From assembly GCA_030704615.1 (NCBI GenBank), contig CM060734.1, forward strand, positions 3,782,001-3,846,000: a stretch of 64,000 nt of DNA, given 5' to 3'. The position numbers and the translations under genes are program-made. The notes under the pieces were generated by a model that was not told where the DNA came from, made no database searches, and saw only the letters and a program-made list of their open reading frames with translations. Shown one piece after another: positions 61,150 through 64,000 of the stretch (position 1 is its first letter; the number at the start of each line of letters is the position of its first letter). This stretch comes from Takakia lepidozioides (lineage: Eukaryota > Plantae > Bryophyta).

Positions 61150-63991
61150 TCTCCTCCTCTCTGACGGTACAAAAGCCTCCACCCAGGCTTGTTGCACCCG
61201 TCGATCAGCATCCCGCTGCAAATCCTTGCTCGTGCCCCACAATGGAGTCTGAGCAACCATGGTAGGCAACTCCGCCATACCATACATGTCATCCTGCTCT
61301 CCCGGAGGTGGTACATCCTCTGAATGAGCATTGCCCTCAAGCAACTCTCTAGGCCAACTCACTGCCGCTGTGAATGCTGCTAGTGTCGGCATCTTGCCTC
61401 GCTGGGCAACCGCAACTCCTCCTATGAACGTCACAGGGAGCTGCACACGCCGGCCCTCCCCTGACTGCCATGCAGGCCTATAGGAAGCTGACTCCTCCCA
61501 AAAATCCAGGGTGAAGCCCATGGGGTACAACACTGCCCCACCAACCAGGACATCGTATGAGACTGCGTCTGTCACAATGGCCTTGGCTCGCATCACTGAG
61601 CCATCTGTAGGGTGATCCGGCCGTAGTCTGATAGCCAACTCATGCCGTGTCATGCCCCGAGCCTGCTCCGATCCTCCCAGAGACGTCTGTATCTGGAAAG
61701 GACAAGGCTCCATATCCGCCTCCGTGAGGCCCAAGCCTGCAATAGCAGCTCTGCCCAGCATCAGTGGCTGAGCTCCCGAGTCCAACAAGACTCGCAGTGG
61801 CCGGTACCTCTTGCCTGCCGGTCCACTCAAACAGAAAATGCCATCCTGGTTGTCTAACATGACAACTCCAGGTGTCACCATGGCGCGCTCAATGGCTGGC
61901 CTAGCTGGCAGCTCCATCAACCTGGCAGCTGCAGCTTGCCATGGCGCCGCCGTGGCAGTCTTGACCCTCAAATCCGAGGATCCCTCCGGCACTACACCTC
62001 CCACTATCTCCGCAGAAGATGAAGTAACCTCCCCACTCTCACAGAGTGTAGCTGCCAGCCTGAACACCTCAGCTGGTCTTACCCCGGCGTCGCAATCATG
62101 GTAGCCGAGAACAATGGAGCCTGGCACACAGATGTGGCCGCTCCTAGCAGCACACTAGCTGCCGTAGCCTTGGCAACACTAGGTAGTGGTGCTACCCGTG
62201 TAGCTCTCCCCAATGGCATAGTAACCTCCGCCTCGGTAATAGTCGGGCGAGAACTAGGTGCCATGGATGGCGTCGACACTGTCTCCGCCAATGTGAATGA
62301 CTGAGGAAGCCTAGCCTGACGGCTTGCCTCCCCACGCTGTGGATCCAACTCCACCTCTGCACCTCGTGGCTCAGGAACTCGTGCTGCTCCTCGAGTCACG
62401 GCTGCAGCAGACTCCACCTGCACTAGTGGTAGTGCTGCTCCACACATGAATCCCATGCCTCCCATATCTCCTCCCTCAGGAGCAGGAGGTGGACCATCCG
62501 GCCTTAGAGCCGGTACCACCTGAGCTGTAGCCATGGCAGCGAGCCTCTGCTCTAGCTGCTGAAGCCGGTTGGCCATGCCTTGGTCAACACCCTGACCTCC
62601 GCGTCCTTGGCCACGTTGAGCTTGCCCTTGGCCTGCACCTCGTGGCTGGCCACCTCGTCCTCTCTGGGCTGCTCCACCTCGCCCCCGGCCACCATTGTTC
62701 CCTTGGAACTGGCCTGGGCGCAACTCAGGATGCAAACCATAACACTGGGCCTCTCCATGCCCGTGCTTGCCACAATGCCCACACTGCAACTGTGCAGGCT
62801 GTGCATGTGCCGACCCTTTGCCTCCCTCTGGGCAATCCTTCTTGACATGGGGTCCTCCACATGTCCAGCACACCACATCCGCCCGTTGTTGGCCAGCAAA
62901 TGAAGGGAGAGACCCCTGCATTGAGGTCCTCTCTGCCCTTCCCTGAGCTTCACCTGAGCCCCCTTGTTGCCTTGAGCACGTTGAGGTAGTGGTTGGCTAG
63001 GAGCACCACTACCCCGTGGTGTCTCCTTAGCAAATCCCACCATGACCACTCGTTCCTCCACCATGTTGAGCTCTATCCGCTCTGCCAGCAAAAACACATT
63101 TGCTAAGGTGGGTTGGGCCGCTTGTAGGAGAGTTGCATCCCGCACCCTTCTCCTCAGCTCCTTGTCCAATATCCCATACCAGAATTGGACTGCCTGAGCT
63201 TCCGTAACCCCTTGGGTTACATTTATCAAGCGCCTCATGCGAGTGAAAGCCTCCCTCAAGCTCTCGGTCGGCTTCCGTTGGAACTCTTGCAAGCTCCGCA
63301 ACTTCTCTGTCCTCACCCCTTGGTAGTTCCCTCTCAACTCTTCGAAGAACTCCACAACAGGGTTGAAGGCAGGCACGGGTGCTAGTGCTGGTGCGGTAGT
63401 GGCTTGGGTGGACGTCGTAGCTACTGTACCACCAGTCCCACTGCTGCTTGCTGAAGCTGCCGGTGCAGCGGCAGGTGTAGCCACTGCCCTCGTGGCTCTA
63501 GTGCCCCTAGTGATGGAGACATAGTCGGGTGACCAGTACATCCTCCACTCCTCGATCTCAACCTCATGCCCCCGCCTGAACTCATGGTAATCATCCATAG
63601 GCGGCCCCTCAAGGTGCTGAAACAGCCCTTTCCATGCCATGAACGGCGTAAATAGTTGTGGATTGCGCATTTGCTGCAAATCACACCAACTATCAAACTC
63701 TTGGATAAAATCATCCAACTCAATGGTGCCCACCGCCCCAGAGTACCTTCGTGGCCCCTTGGTAGCTCCATACATCTCCTCCATTGTGTCCCACAACAAT
63801 GGCAAAGAAACAACTTGCACCGCCGGTATGAGCCCTCCTGATTCACAATCCGAATCAGAACCTTCCGTGGAAGACACAGGAGGTGAAGGTGGCCTAAACC
63901 GCACACCTCGTCTCGTGTACCCACTAGTATCGCTAGTGCTCGAACCGGCACTGTCCCCAGCAACTAGTGGCACCTCCGTGTTGACACTCAA
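61150..63991 (-). CDS. Gag, zinc knuckles and aspartic protease of gypsy copy 2 (frameshifted)
   Basis: ORFs 62552-63991, 62079-62921 and 60805-62127 join into one protein through 1-nt shifts; CWTCGGPHVKKDC, CGHCGKHGHGEAQC, LLDSGAQ and DVLVG. Confidence 0.88.
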
Positions 63992-64000
63992 CCGGTCATG

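Larger units (their letters stand above)
55725..64000 (-). mobile_element. Ty3/gypsy retrotransposon with a DNMT3-like methyltransferase and a PHD finger, copy 2 (5' part beyond the window)
   Basis: Order Gag - CCHC x2 - PR (LLDSGA) - DNMT - RT (YIDD) - RNase H (TDWS) - IN (HHCC, DDE, FSPY) - PHD, followed by a polypurine tract and a TG..CA LTR. Confidence 0.95.

Overview
Eukaryotic nuclear DNA that is very rich in transposons and pseudogenes. It most likely comes from a seed-free land plant such as a hornwort or other bryophyte; this is inferred from PLS-class PPR arrays, an intron-containing plastid fibrillin gene, a GEX2-like filamin-repeat gene and chromovirus-type LTR elements. The main finding is a Ty3/gypsy LTR-retrotransposon family present twice on the minus strand (1-~5450, decayed; 55725-64000, near-intact but frameshifted). 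Its polyprotein reads Gag - Zn knuckles - protease - DNMT3-like C5 cytosine methyltransferase (all catalytic motifs present) - RT - RNase H - integrase - PHD finger, so it carries its own chromatin writer and reader. Its 3' LTR has an unusual A-B-A structure. It sits inside a DNA-transposon-like element carrying a protein-kinase ORF and two long hairpins. Other content includes a ~22 kb broken GEX2-like gene riddled with insertions, a near full-length RTE/RTEX-like LINE with a TSD, and fragments of RLE- and APE-bearing (Dualen/RandI-like) LINEs whose structured 3' tail recurs in a tRNA-headed SINE and a 96-bp insert. There is also a degraded chromovirus, a MULE fragment, PPR and fibrillin pseudogenes, an RPL29 fragment and a 146-bp satellite. 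No clearly intact host gene is present. Coordinates were read by eye and boundaries are approximate unless a TSD or terminal motif is given.
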